This document shows, in pieces, positions 6,386-16,543 of a stretch of 48,253 nucleotides of DNA. Each line of letters starts with the position of its first letter. Within the stretch, counting starts at the first letter, position 1. A program made the translations under genes and the position numbers. The stretch comes from Klebsiella pneumoniae (GTDB taxonomy: Bacteria; Myxococcota_A; UBA796; SXON01), in assembly GCA_945867435.1 (NCBI GenBank), contig CAMBIK010000003.1, forward strand, positions 1 to 48,253. Reading direction: 5' to 3'. The notes beneath the pieces were generated by a model that saw nothing but the letters and a program-made list of their open reading frames with translations, ran no database searches and was not told the origin of the DNA.

Positions 6386-8848
6386 CTAGTCGTCGGTGAT
6401 CGTGCTTGCCATGTCATCCTCGCGGTCGTCGGCCGCGGATGGGACCGGGGGAGCGGGGCCGTCGGCGAGGGATTCGGCCTCCTCAGCACCGGGGCCGCGA
6501 AAGATCTCCGTGGCGCTCGCCGCCAGCGCGTGAACGAGCACCTCATCCATGGTTCCCACCGGAACGATCACGATGGTTTCTCGCACAGACTTCGGCACAT
6601 CCCGAAGGTCGCGTACGTTGTCTTTCGGGATCAGCACGCGGGTCACCCCCGCGGCCTTGGCGGCGAGCAGCTTCTCCTTCAGCCCGCCGATCGGACGCAC
6701 CTCCCCGCGCAGCGTGATCTCTCCCGTCATGGCCACATCCCGCCGCACCGGAATCCCGCTGACGGCGGAAATCACGGCGGTTGCCAGGGTGATTCCGGCG
6801 CTCGGGCCATCCACGCCCCACAGCTCGGGTACATGAACGTGAAGGTCGAGCGTGGACCAGAAGTCGGACTTCAACCCCAGCTCCGCGCTGTGCATGCGCA
6901 TGTAGGTGACCGCCGCCTTGGCGCTCTCCCGGAACACCTCCCCGAGCTGACCGGTCAGTTGGGTCTTGCCGACGCCGCGCATTACGGCGGCCTCGATGGG
7001 CACCATCACGCCACCCACCGCTGTCCAGGCCAGGCCATTCACGAACCCGACAAGGTCTCGTTCCCCGATGTGACCGGTTCGGTTCCGCGGCACGCCGAGC
7101 AGCTTTTCTACGCGTTTCGGTCCGATGCGGAGGTGGGTGTCCGGACCCTGTTTGACCACGCGAATGGCGGCTTTTCGACAGATCGCCGCCAGTTCCCGCT
7201 CCAGGTTCCGCACGCCCGACTCTCGGGTGTAGTCACGGATGATGCGGGCAAGCGCTCCATCGTCGAACGCAAGCTGTGCCGCAGCCAGCCCGTTGGCCTC
7301 CAGCTGCTTCGGAACCAGATAGCGCTTCGCAATAGCTAACTTTTCGTGTTCCGTGTACCCGGCGATGCGCACGACTTCCAGTCGATCCTGCAGCGCGGCG
7401 GGGATGCCCCGAAGATCGTTGGCGGTGCAGATGAACATGACCTTCGAAAGGTCGTAGTCGAGATCGAGGTAGTGGTCGTTGAAGGTGTTGTTTTGTTCAG
7501 GATCGAGCACTTCGAGCAGCGCGGAGCTCGGGTCGCCGCGGAAGTCTGAGCTCAGCTTGTCGATCTCGTCGAGCAAGAAGACCGGGTTGGCGCTGCCCGC
7601 CTTGCGCATGCCCTGAAGGATCCGGCCCGGAAGTGCGCCAATGTAGGTTCGCCGGTGGCCGCGAATCTCCGCCTCGTCCCGCACGCCGCCGAGCGCCACG
7701 CGTACGAACTTTCGCTGCGTGGCGCGTGCGATGCTACGGGCCAGTGAGGTCTTGCCCACGCCGGGCGGGCCCACGAGGCACAGGATCGGCCCCGACACCT
7801 TCCCAGTCAGCACCACCACCGCCAGGTACTCCAAAACGCGAGATTTTACTTTCGCCAAGCCGAAGTGGTCGTCGTCGAGCACCCGCCGCGCCGTGTCGAT
7901 CTCGATCGCGTCGGGGGTCGTCGAGTCCCAGGGGAGCGCGAGCACCACCTCCAGATAGCTGCGGATCACCGAGGCTTCCGCGCTCATCGGGCCCATCATC
8001 TTCAGCTTCCGCAGCTCGCGCGTGACCCGTTCTCGTGCCTCCGCAGAGAGCGCGACGGCGGCCGCCTTGGCCTCAATCTCCTGAATCTCTGTTGGGATCT
8101 CGTCTTTCTCTCCGAGCTCCTTCTGGATCGCCTGCATCTGCTCGTTCAGGTAGTACTCCTTCTGGGAGCGCTCCATCTGTTTCTTCACGCGCGACTTGAT
8201 CTTGCGCTCAACCTGGAGAATATCGATCTCGGCCAGCATGAGCTTCAGGAGCACGTCGAGACGTTCATGGACCGATGGCGTCTCCAGCAGGCCCTGCCGT
8301 TGCTCGGTCTTCAGCGCCAGGTGGCGCACCAGGGTGTCGGAGAGGCGCGCCGGGTCTGCGATGGCCTGGCATTGCAAAACCGCGTCTGACGTGACGGCCT
8401 TGTTGAGCTTGGCGTACTCCTCGAACGCTTCCCGCACTTGGCGAACCAGGGCCTCGAGCTCGGGGGAAGCCGGCGCGGGATCCGGCAGGGGTTCCACTTC
8501 GACCATGAAGTGTTCCTGATCGCCGACGAACCGTAGGATTCGCCCGCGGCACACGCCTTCGACCAGCACCTTGACGGTGGCATCGGGTAGGCGCATCACC
8601 TGAATGACGGTGGCGATCGTGCCGACCGTGTGGACCTCCTCGGGCGCGGGATCGCGGGTGGTCGCGTCTCGTTGGGTGACGAGGAAGATCTTCTTGTCGG
8701 CTCGCATTGCCTCGTTCAGTGCCGCGATCGAGCGTTCTCGGCCGACGTTGAACGAGACGGGCGCAAGCGGAAACACCACGAGCTCGCGCAAGGGCAGCAG
8801 GGGCAGCGCCCGCGGGGGGTCACCGGCCGGGCGATCCTTGAAGAACAT
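6386..8848 (-). CDS. lon: ATP-dependent Lon protease
   Basis: LPLLPLR LON N-domain, GPPGVGKTS Walker A, LLDEIDK Walker B, DGPSAG serine and GGLKEK lysine dyad; ATG at 8848 after GGAGG. Confidence 0.97.
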   Translation of the reverse strand: MFFKDRPAGDPPRALPLLPLRELVVFPLAPVSFNVGRERSIAALNEAMRADKKIFLVTQRDATTRDPAPEEVHTVGTIATVIQVMRLPDATVKVLVEGVCRGRILRFVGDQEHFMVEVEPLPDPAPASPELEALVRQVREAFEEYAKLNKAVTSDAVLQCQAIADPARLSDTLVRHLALKTEQRQGLLETPSVHERLDVLLKLMLAEIDILQVERKIKSRVKKQMERSQKEYYLNEQMQAIQKELGEKDEIPTEIQEIEAKAAAVALSAEARERVTRELRKLKMMGPMSAEASVIRSYLEVVLALPWDSTTPDAIEIDTARRVLDDDHFGLAKVKSRVLEYLAVVVLTGKVSGPILCLVGPPGVGKTSLARSIARATQRKFVRVALGGVRDEAEIRGHRRTYIGALPGRILQGMRKAGSANPVFLLDEIDKLSSDFRGDPSSALLEVLDPEQNNTFNDHYLDLDYDLSKVMFICTANDLRGIPAALQDRLEVVRIAGYTEHEKLAIAKRYLVPKQLEANGLAAAQLAFDDGALARIIRDYTRESGVRNLERELAAICRKAAIRVVKQGPDTHLRIGPKRVEKLLGVPRNRTGHIGERDLVGFVNGLAWTAVGGVMVPIEAAVMRGVGKTQLTGQLGEVFRESAKAAVTYMRMHSAELGLKSDFWSTLDLHVHVPELWGVDGPSAGITLATAVISAVSGIPVRRDVAMTGEITLRGEVRPIGGLKEKLLAAKAAGVTRVLIPKDNVRDLRDVPKSVRETIVIVPVGTMDEVLVHALAASATEIFRGPGAEEAESLADGPAPPVPSAADDREDDMASTITDD

Positions 8849-8856
8849 CGGTTGAC

Positions 8857-10107
8857 CTATATCGCCTCCTTCTCGTAGACGAGGATGGGCTCCTTGGTGC
8901 GAGCTACCACTTCTTCGCTCACGACGCACTCGCGCACGCCGCTCTTCCCCGGAAGTTCGTACATCACGTCGAGCATCAACTCTTCGACGATGGCCCGGAG
9001 GCCGCGGGCCCCGGTCTTCCGCTTGATGGCCTCGGTGGCGATGGCGACCAGCGCGGGCTCGGTGAATCGCAAGGAGACCCCTTCCATCGTGAACAGTTTT
9101 TGATACTGCTTCACCAACGCGTTCTTCGGGCGCACGAGGATGTCCACCAGCATCGCTTCGTCCAAATCTTCCAGCGTGGCGATGACGGGCAGCCGCCCGA
9201 TGAATTCCGGGATCATCCCGAAACGCAGTAGATCCTCGGTTTCAAGCTGGGCAAGCAACTGGCCCGTGTTGAGCGTCTTGCGGTCCCTGACCGTCGACCC
9301 AAAACCCATGCCGGTCTTGTTGATGCGCTGCTCGATGATCTTGTCGAGTCCGACAAAGGCCCCTCCGCAGATGAACAGGATGTTCTGCGTGTCGATCTGC
9401 AAGAACTCCTGCTGAGGGTGCTTTCGCCCTCCTTTCGGGGGCACGTTGGCCACTGTGCCTTCGATGATCTTCAGCAGGGCCTGCTGCACGCCTTCCCCGC
9501 TCACATCGCGGGTGATGCTCGGGTTTTCCCCTTTTCGCGCGACCTTGTCGATCTCGTCGATGTAGATGATGCCCTTGACGGTGCGCTCGACGTTGTAGTC
9601 GGCGGCCTGGAACAGGCTCAGAACGACGTTTTCCACGTCCTCCCCGACGTACCCGGCCTCGGTCAGCGAGGTGGCATCGCAGATGGTGAAGGGCACGTTG
9701 AGCTTCTTGGCCAGTGTCTGCGCCAGCAGGGTCTTGCCCGTGCCGGTGGGGCCGATGAGCAGGATGTTGCTCTTCTGAAGCTCGACATCGTCACGGGTTG
9801 AGCGTGCGTCGATCCGCTTGTAGTGGTTGTGAACGGCAACGGAGAGCACCTTTTTGGCTCGCTGCTGCCCGATCACATAGTCGTCGAGGTGGCGAGCGAT
9901 CTCGATCGGTCGAGGCACCAGGGCACGGGACGCCTGGAAGTCCTCGCGCTCGTATTCTTCCGTGATGATGTCGTTGCAGAGCTCCACGCATTCGTCGCAA
10001 ACGTACACGCTGGGACCTGCGATGAGCTTGCGGACATCGCGCTGCGGCTTGCCGCAGAACGAGCAGGTGAGATCCTTGTCCCGGGTCTTCTCTTTTTTTG
10101 GATGCAT
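8857..10107 (-). CDS. clpX: ClpX ATP-binding subunit
   Basis: CSFC...CDEC zinc finger, [29 protein letters not shown]. Confidence 0.98.
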   Translation of the reverse strand: MHPKKEKTRDKDLTCSFCGKPQRDVRKLIAGPSVYVCDECVELCNDIITEEYEREDFQASRALVPRPIEIARHLDDYVIGQQRAKKVLSVAVHNHYKRIDARSTRDDVELQKSNILLIGPTGTGKTLLAQTLAKKLNVPFTICDATSLTEAGYVGEDVENVVLSLFQAADYNVERTVKGIIYIDEIDKVARKGENPSITRDVSGEGVQQALLKIIEGTVANVPPKGGRKHPQQEFLQIDTQNILFICGGAFVGLDKIIEQRINKTGMGFGSTVRDRKTLNTGQLLAQLETEDLLRFGMIPEFIGRLPVIATLEDLDEAMLVDILVRPKNALVKQYQKLFTMEGVSLRFTEPALVAIATEAIKRKTGARGLRAIVEELMLDVMYELPGKSGVRECVVSEEVVARTKEPILVYEKEAI

Positions 10108-10137
10108 CCGGCCAAGTAACGGCGTGGGCGGCTCCCG

Positions 10138-11841
10138 TCAGGGTGCGAGGACGAACACGGTCACGCCAGTCCCATCTGCGAAGTGGCGTTCCTCCTTCAG
10201 ACGCTGAGCGAAGGGGAGTCGAGCGTGGACCATACCCCCGGCCCCATAGGCCTCTTCATCGAGGATCACGAACCGCAAACCTTTGGTTACGAGCATGTTG
10301 GCCACCGCCATCCGTTGGTCGGGCTCCTGGGTGGCCGATGGGGCGATGGGCGTGCCCATCGTTTGGGGCGTGCAGAGGTCGTTGAGGTCCTGTACGAAGC
10401 GAGTGATGCGCTCCGATTGCCCACGCCGGGCGACCATCGTGAACAGGCCCTGCGGGGCGTTGATTACCTTGCGGCCGATGGCGACCTGTAGAAAGGGAAG
10501 GTCGGAGGAGCGGATAGCGGCGTCCAGGTTCGCGTAGATGGGGAGCTCGAAGCGCTGGTGAAGGCGGCTTGCGCCCCGAATCGAGGGCAGGATGAGGACC
10601 ACGCCCTCCGCCTCATGCTCCGCCACAAAGGTCGTAAACGCCGGGGTCGGGGGGTCGATGAGCGGGAAGCCTTCGCGGTAGCCGGTGGCCGCGAGCGTGA
10701 CCGCCACCGTGCCGATGGCCACGGAGATCCCGAGCGCGGCGCGCATCCACTCTTGGGGCAGTCGGGAGAGGCCGACGCCCGCAGCAGTCCAAAAACACAG
10801 GGCTGTCGGGATCAACCAGCGGCGCGGGAAGCGGATGGACTCTGGCGCCAGGGTTTCGTTCAGCCAGGCGATGGCTCGCCCAATGGGCTCCCCGAGCCCC
10901 GGCCACCACCGACCCAGGACCGCCGTGTTTTCCGCGTAGGCGCCGAGGGAAAGGACGAGGCAGAAGAGGCCCAGCAGCAACCACGGCCAGGAGCGGGCAG
11001 TGCGAAAGAAGGCCAGGAGAGTCGCGGCTAAAAGCGTGGCCACGGGGATGAAGGCCGGGGTGTAGGTGTGGTCCCACGGCTTGGCGATGCGGTGCATGTC
11101 CCACTGCCACCATGCCGATAGCTTCACGGCGTTGTCCCATCGGTTGTCGAGGGGGCCTGCGAGCGGGAGCATGTAGTAGAGCGCGCCTACGAGGGCCGCG
11201 CCAGCCAGGGCCACGGCGCCGAACCGGAGGCGGCCGCGCCAGGTGCAACGCCACAAGGCCCACGGCACCAGCGGGATCGCGAAGATCGCGTGGTAGGGGC
11301 TGTCGAGCGCCACAACCGTAGCGAGCACGCCGGCCAGGATGGGCCAGCGTCGAAGCGGGCTGCGACTGGTCATCCACAGCGAGCCCAGCAGGGCGGGCAG
11401 GGACCAGAACGCGATGTGTTCGGGCGTGCCATCGGTGAGGGCGAGCAGGACCGAGGGTTGAACCACCATGCCGACCCCGGCCATGAGCCCGGCGGAGGGG
11501 CTCTTGCTCACTTCCTCGACCCACCAGGCCGTGGCCACCCCGCTCGCCACGAGGAGGGATAGAATCCACAGGTTGTACCCTGTCCAAGGGCCGAACAGGA
11601 AGTGCAGGGGGGTGCCGAGCAGGGTGGAGACGAAGGGGAGGATGACCAGCTTTTCGCCTGCGGGAAAGCCCACACGGTCGGTCCAGAACGGGAGCGGGAG
11701 CCCGCGCGCCTGGTGGTCGAAGCCCCACACCGCCCGGAAAACGTCGGTCTCCGCAGCACCGAGCAACCCCCCGTTCAGCAACGGCGCGTGCAGCCACACC
11801 ACTAGAAGCGTGAGAAGCAGGGCGTTGAGCGAGAGTCGCAC
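10138..11841 (-). CDS. Polytopic membrane protein, possibly GT-C-fold glycosyltransferase-like
   Basis: 567 aa, about 11 hydrophobic segments, acidic first loop (AETD), RFP.RW motif and a soluble C-terminal domain. The function is inferred. Confidence 0.7.
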   Translation of the reverse strand: MRLSLNALLLTLLVVWLHAPLLNGGLLGAAETDVFRAVWGFDHQARGLPLPFWTDRVGFPAGEKLVILPFVSTLLGTPLHFLFGPWTGYNLWILSLLVASGVATAWWVEEVSKSPSAGLMAGVGMVVQPSVLLALTDGTPEHIAFWSLPALLGSLWMTSRSPLRRWPILAGVLATVVALDSPYHAIFAIPLVPWALWRCTWRGRLRFGAVALAGAALVGALYYMLPLAGPLDNRWDNAVKLSAWWQWDMHRIAKPWDHTYTPAFIPVATLLAATLLAFFRTARSWPWLLLGLFCLVLSLGAYAENTAVLGRWWPGLGEPIGRAIAWLNETLAPESIRFPRRWLIPTALCFWTAAGVGLSRLPQEWMRAALGISVAIGTVAVTLAATGYREGFPLIDPPTPAFTTFVAEHEAEGVVLILPSIRGASRLHQRFELPIYANLDAAIRSSDLPFLQVAIGRKVINAPQGLFTMVARRGQSERITRFVQDLNDLCTPQTMGTPIAPSATQEPDQRMAVANMLVTKGLRFVILDEEAYGAGGMVHARLPFAQRLKEERHFADGTGVTVFVLAP

Positions 11842-11850
11842 GAGCCCTGA

Positions 11851-12267
11851 TTATTCCACGGCGCCCGCGCCGAGGAGCGGAGCCACCCCGAACGAGCGCG
11901 CCGCGCCGCGCCTGCGGAGCAGGTTCAGGGCCGTTCGTGCGACCGCGTACACCGCGAAAAAACGCTCGATTCGGGCGATCTCTCGTTGACTGGGTGGCCG
12001 GTCCCCACAGATCAGCTTGTCATCGACCGCGCCATCGTCAAGGAAGCGAACCCGCAGCCAAGCGATCGTGGCCACATGCGCGCCGACAGCGAGGCGTGGA
12101 CCGAGGACCAGGGCATCCGCAAAGTCTCCGTCGGCTGCGAGGACCCCCGGCAAGGATCCATAGTTGAACGGACAAGGCACGGGCGACAGGTACTCGACGC
12201 CGCCGCCGAGCTCCCGCTTCACAAAGCTCCCTCTCGGCACCTCGATCTGAACCTCGACCGCTCGCAT
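11851..12267 (-). CDS. ppa: Family I inorganic pyrophosphatase (short form)
   Basis: IEVPRGS..K.E, PFNYG.LP....DGD..D.LVL and DDG..DDKLI motifs. Confidence 0.88.
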   Translation of the reverse strand: MRAVEVQIEVPRGSFVKRELGGGVEYLSPVPCPFNYGSLPGVLAADGDFADALVLGPRLAVGAHVATIAWLRVRFLDDGAVDDKLICGDRPPSQREIARIERFFAVYAVARTALNLLRRRGAARSFGVAPLLGAGAVE

Positions 12268-12325
12268 CGCACTCGACTAGCCCATTCGCCCCACGCCGCG
12301 CTACACTCCGCCGCGGAGACTGCCG

Positions 12326-12823
12326 ATGCCCACGCTGCGATCACTCCTCCTCCTGCTGCCCCTGGCGGTCGCCTGCGAACAGGAGGCTGGCTTTCAAGAC
12401 GCGGAAAACAGCTCGACCGAACTTACGAAGGGCGCGATGACGGTCTCTGCGGAACGGATCTTCATCAGCGAGATCGATGCGGAGCTCACGAAGTCGGAGA
12501 ACTTCACCGTTACGTCCGTCGGGGAAGACAACCTTTCGATCTATCGGGCCCAGTTGGTGGCGAACCCGGAGGCGGTTTTTTTGTTCACGGAACGCAATGA
12601 CATAGATATTCCGACCGGAGAAAGCCAGGTATGGACGGTAGCGGCCACCCCGCCTACGGTCGGTATGTGGGAAGGGGCTGTCCGAATCGAGTCCAATGAC
12701 CCCACCTCGCCGACGCTGTTCATCACCGTCTGTGCAGTAAGCAAGGGCCACACGGAAGCGTGTCCCGTCGAGGCCCCCGGCACAGGGGACACGGGCACAG
12801 ACACCGCCGACGAGGAAGTGTAG
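12326..12823 (+). CDS. Lipoprotein with an Ig-like (ASH/choice-of-anchor D-like) domain
   Basis: GGAG RBS; AVA-C lipobox; FTVTSVGEDNLSI...I.SNDP pattern; acidic DT-rich tail. Confidence 0.8.
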   Translation: MPTLRSLLLLLPLAVACEQEAGFQDAENSSTELTKGAMTVSAERIFISEIDAELTKSENFTVTSVGEDNLSIYRAQLVANPEAVFLFTERNDIDIPTGESQVWTVAATPPTVGMWEGAVRIESNDPTSPTLFITVCAVSKGHTEACPVEAPGTGDTGTDTADEEV

Positions 12824-12883
12824 GTCGAGCCCCGCCTGCTTCCTTCCAGTCGATTCGCGCATCCAGGGGGGCGACCCACCGAG

Positions 12884-14044
12884 GTGATCGCCTTTTTGGA
12901 TGGCGCGGGGCTGGGCCTGGCGCGCGCTCGGCTGGCAGCGCGGCTCGGAAATCCGGATCCGTTCGCGCTACGGGCCGCGCTGGGCGTGGCCGTCGGGATG
13001 GGGGGCGATGGAGTCGTGCCCGCGAATCCAGGGGCCGTGCTCACGCCTGAAGCAGCGGATGCGGTGCTGGTGCGCGCCTCTGTGGAAGCCGGGGTGCTCG
13101 ACCCGGGATGCGTCGGATTGTTTGCCGGTCGCCCCCCCGGCACCCGCGTGCGCGGCGTGCCGGTGGATGATGCGCGCTTCGGATTCCTTCGGTTCCCGAG
13201 GGGAGAACCGCCGCCGCCGGCTGCGTGGGGGGCTCTGGAAAGCTGGACGACGGCGCAGATCGGCGATGTCGAGGCGGCCACCGTGCGGACCATCATCGAG
13301 GTGCCGGGCGGGGTCGCGCTGGGGTCGGATTATGGGCTGACTCTGTGGAGAAATGGGAGCTTTTCGCCGTTTCCCTGGCCGGTCGGCTGCCGCCGTGAAG
13401 CGCGCCGCGTCGAGGCGATGGCGATGGCCGGCGGTGCCCTGTGGGTTGCGACAAGCCAGGCGTTGATCCGTTGGGACTTCCGTGCTGCTCCCGTGGTGCG
13501 GAAGCACGGTCCGGACGCCGAGGAAGGCTGGGACGAGCTGCGATGCCTCCTGCCGGTGGGAGGCGGGCTGCTTCGTGGCTATCGCACGGCCTTGATGAGC
13601 GAACATGCGGCCGTGGCGGACGGTCCCGCGGATGTGTTTGCGATGGCGGAGGCTCCAGGTGGGGCGGTGTACGCCGGCACGGGAGGGGGCGCGCTTTTCG
13701 TGGTTGGCGAACCGGTCGCGGTCCGCTCCTTCGCGGCACGACCCCACCAGCCCGTGCGGCACCTTGCTTTTGCGGACGGGTGCCTGCATGTGGCCGCGGC
13801 CGGTGCGCATCACATCTTCGATGGCGCGTCGTGGACCCTGGCCGAGCCAGAGCCGACCGCCTTTGCTGTGGACCGGCGGAGTCGGCTGTGGTGTCTGGCC
13901 GAGGGAAACCTCTTTTCGTGGTCCCGGGCGGGTCCGCGCCCCGTCCCTGTTCGCCTCGAACGCCCCTGGTGCCTGTGTGTTGCCGGCAACCGCCTGTGGG
14001 TCGGCGGGCGGGAATCGGTGTGGAACCTCGTGCTTCTCGCCTGA
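12884..14044 (+). CDS. Hypothetical protein with a C-terminal beta-propeller-like region
   Basis: 386 aa; repeated blade-like motifs (GALWVAT, GAVYAGT, SRLWCLA, NRLWVGG). Confidence 0.7.
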   Translation: MIAFLDGAGLGLARARLAARLGNPDPFALRAALGVAVGMGGDGVVPANPGAVLTPEAADAVLVRASVEAGVLDPGCVGLFAGRPPGTRVRGVPVDDARFGFLRFPRGEPPPPAAWGALESWTTAQIGDVEAATVRTIIEVPGGVALGSDYGLTLWRNGSFSPFPWPVGCRREARRVEAMAMAGGALWVATSQALIRWDFRAAPVVRKHGPDAEEGWDELRCLLPVGGGLLRGYRTALMSEHAAVADGPADVFAMAEAPGGAVYAGTGGGALFVVGEPVAVRSFAARPHQPVRHLAFADGCLHVAAAGAHHIFDGASWTLAEPEPTAFAVDRRSRLWCLAEGNLFSWSRAGPRPVPVRLERPWCLCVAGNRLWVGGRESVWNLVLLA

Positions 14045-14076
14045 TCATCCGATAGGGCCGTCCGGGGGGAGGTACA

Positions 14077-14922
14077 ATGTTGCTGTTCACAGCGTTCGCT
14101 CAGGCTGGTGTTTGGAACGTCTGTGCGGCCACCGAGTCCAACGCCTCGGTCAATGCCGGGTGGACCATCATCGAGGCACGCGATTCGGCGGGCGAACGGG
14201 ATGCCGATAAGGGTAGTTTGGAAGCAGTCAGTACTGTGGTCAAGCGCTTTGAGCCCCGTCGCGAGGAAGACTTCTGCAAGGCTACCGACGGCGTGGGGGG
14301 CGCAACGCAGCGCTGGACCACGGAACTCATCGCCGTGGACATCGTGCCCGGCCAGAAGTCCTGCCCCACCGCGATCTGGGCCGATGCCTACGGGGACACG
14401 GGGGGGCACGCGACCATCACCGCCGAACGGTTGAGCGCCTCGGCGGTGGGTCACGCGGTCACCACGGCTCAGGGGGGCAACACCGGCACCATCAGCGTGG
14501 ATGGCGGCGGCGGTGCCAGCTTCCTGTCTGAATGGTCCTGGCAGGTTCCCGGCCCGTCCGCGGCCGTAGCGGGCGTGGTCAAGGTGGATGCAGCATCGGC
14601 CTACAACGGGGCTATCCTCAACGTTCCCGGCTGGGCGCAGGTCAACTCCTACGGTGGCGTGGTCGATGCGTGGGTGCGCCGAGGCGCCGAGTGGGTCCAC
14701 GTCCAGGGCACGTCGCCGATGGAAATCCCTTTCGGCGCGACCGTGTCTTCGCGCGGCGGGGTGTGTGCGTCGGGCAGGGTTACCGCCGGTTCCCAGGCTC
14801 GCACCGGAGAGTCCAGCGCGGGCGGTTCCGGCATCCACTTCAGCATGGAACCCGTCCACGCCACGGATCCGGTCGACCGCCGCCCCGTCAAGGGACCGAC
14901 GTTCGACCCGTGCGGCTGCTGA
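14077..14922 (+). CDS. Hypothetical exported protein
   Basis: GGAGG RBS; MLLFTAFAQA signal; Gly/Ala/Ser beta-rich; ends in DPCGC. Confidence 0.78.
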   Translation: MLLFTAFAQAGVWNVCAATESNASVNAGWTIIEARDSAGERDADKGSLEAVSTVVKRFEPRREEDFCKATDGVGGATQRWTTELIAVDIVPGQKSCPTAIWADAYGDTGGHATITAERLSASAVGHAVTTAQGGNTGTISVDGGGGASFLSEWSWQVPGPSAAVAGVVKVDAASAYNGAILNVPGWAQVNSYGGVVDAWVRRGAEWVHVQGTSPMEIPFGATVSSRGGVCASGRVTAGSQARTGESSAGGSGIHFSMEPVHATDPVDRRPVKGPTFDPCGC

Positions 14923-14945
14923 TCGCACCTCAGGAACGCTGAAAC

Positions 14946-15881
14946 GTGCCTGGCGTCGTCGTTGTTTCGAATCCCCGATCCCGGCAGAACCGTCGGAATC
15001 CAGGGGTCGTCGGCCAGATGTCTTCCATGCTGGGGGCGCGGGGTCGGGTGGCCCAGCCAGCCTCGCGGGCAGACCTGCTTGAGGAGGCGCGGCGCTGCCG
15101 GGAGGAGGCGATAGACATCCTCGCGGTCAACGGCGGCGATGGCACGCTGCATGTCGTATTGACAGCGTTCGTAGAGGCCTATGGGGATGAACCGCTGCCC
15201 CCCGTAGCGATCCTTCGTGGCGGCACCATGAACACCATCGCGGGCGGCCTGGGCATTCGCGGAAGGCCGGCGGATCTGCTGGCCGCGCTGCTGGCCCCTT
15301 CGGCACCCCCCATCCCCTTCGCGGAGCGAAGCATTCTACGCATCGAAGGCGGCGAGAAGCCGGAGTACGGCTTCCTGTTCGGCAACGGTCTGTTGAGCAA
15401 CTTCCTGGCGGAATACTACACCTCTGCGGACCCGAGTCCGCTCACTGCGGCCTGGCTCCTGGTCCGGGCGATCGTGTCCGCTACCTACGGAGGTGCGTTG
15501 ATGAAGCGGCTGAGCGCGCCGGTCCAATGCACCGTCGAAGTCGACGGGGTCCGGTGGCCCGCCGAACGCTACCTCGCGGTCACGATGGGTACGGTCGATG
15601 ACATTGGCTTCGGCTTCCGACCGTTCTTCGAAGCTCTTCGCCAACCGGGGCGCATGCACGCGATCGGGTTCGCTTGCAGCGCGATGGGAATGGTCCTCGC
15701 GCTGCCGCGGATTCGCCTCGCCCGCCCTCCGGACTCCCCCGACATCTACAGCGCCGTGCCGGAACGCGTGGTGTTCACCTCCGCGGCGCCGATGCCGTTC
15801 ATGGTGGATGGCGACTTCCATCCGGCCGGCATGTCGATCACGGTCAGCGTCGGGCCAAGGATTCGGTTTGTGGTGCCCTGA
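14946..15881 (+). CDS. Diacylglycerol/sphingosine kinase family protein
   Basis: NP.S, GGDGT, GGTMN and VDGD motifs. Confidence 0.93.
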   Translation: MPGVVVVSNPRSRQNRRNPGVVGQMSSMLGARGRVAQPASRADLLEEARRCREEAIDILAVNGGDGTLHVVLTAFVEAYGDEPLPPVAILRGGTMNTIAGGLGIRGRPADLLAALLAPSAPPIPFAERSILRIEGGEKPEYGFLFGNGLLSNFLAEYYTSADPSPLTAAWLLVRAIVSATYGGALMKRLSAPVQCTVEVDGVRWPAERYLAVTMGTVDDIGFGFRPFFEALRQPGRMHAIGFACSAMGMVLALPRIRLARPPDSPDIYSAVPERVVFTSAAPMPFMVDGDFHPAGMSITVSVGPRIRFVVP

Positions 15882-15895
15882 GGGGGCGGTGGCCC

Positions 15896-16441
15896 CTACG
15901 GTGCGGGGCGGCCAACTGCCGGCGCTGCCAGCGCCGCTTCGATCGCCGCCACCAACCCTGGATCCTGGGGTGTGGTCCCCGACCCGAAACGGTGGGTGAC
16001 CGCGCCCGATCGGTCCACCAGGAACTTCTCGAAGTTCCATTTGATCGGCTTGCCGCCGCCCGGTTCGTTGGCCAGCAGCCACTGGTAGAGCGGACTCCGG
16101 CCCGGTCCATTTACATCCGCTTTGTCGAGGATGGGAAAGTCGACCCCGTAGTGAATCTGGCAGAACGAGGCGATCTCCTCCTTGCTGCCGGGCTCCTGAC
16201 CGCCGAACTGGTTGCAGGGCGCGCCCACGACCAGCAGACCCTGATCTTTGTACTTTGAGTACAGTGCCTGCAAACCCTCGTATTGCGGGGTGTAGCCGCA
16301 CTTGCTGGCCACGTTCACGAACAGCAGCACGCGGCCCTCCCCGTTCGGAATCACGGTTCCATCGGCCTCGACCAGAGCAGGGAGCGGGGTGCCCGCTTCG
16401 GCCACGGAGGAACCGGCGAGCAGGGTTAGGATGGGGAGCAT
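15896..16441 (-). CDS. Glutathione peroxidase family protein (Cys type, exported)
   Basis: VNVASKCGYT, PCNQFGGQEPG, WNFEKFL; signal peptide; GAGG RBS before ATG 16441. Confidence 0.95.
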   Translation of the reverse strand: MLPILTLLAGSSVAEAGTPLPALVEADGTVIPNGEGRVLLFVNVASKCGYTPQYEGLQALYSKYKDQGLLVVGAPCNQFGGQEPGSKEEIASFCQIHYGVDFPILDKADVNGPGRSPLYQWLLANEPGGGKPIKWNFEKFLVDRSGAVTHRFGSGTTPQDPGLVAAIEAALAAPAVGRPAP

Positions 16442-16543
16442 GGTCACCTCGGGCTCAGAATACGCACGGCGGCATGGGTGTCAACGGGGGGACTCCCTCG
16501 TGCTACCGTGAACCCGTATTCGACGCAGGCCCGCTCCCCCCGA

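Noticed and set aside
11841-11853. TA at -12 of the 11841 start
   Set aside because: It is the ppa TAA stop codon, so it was excluded from the leaderless count.
12884-13200. DPFAL..ALGV resembling an ImmA/IrrE N-terminus
   Set aside because: No HExxH motif, and the similarity is too short.
14914-14950. CGC-TGA end of the 14077 ORF as a possible Sec codon, with a small downstream hairpin
   Set aside because: The hairpin loop is only about 12 nt from the UGA with a weak stem, and read-through would run out of frame over the DAG kinase gene.
15881-15899. GTAG + GGGC-CACC-GCCCC mini-hairpin on the minus strand as another REP copy
   Set aside because: The TAG is the GPx stop and the stem is only 5 bp; more likely a simple hairpin between convergent genes.
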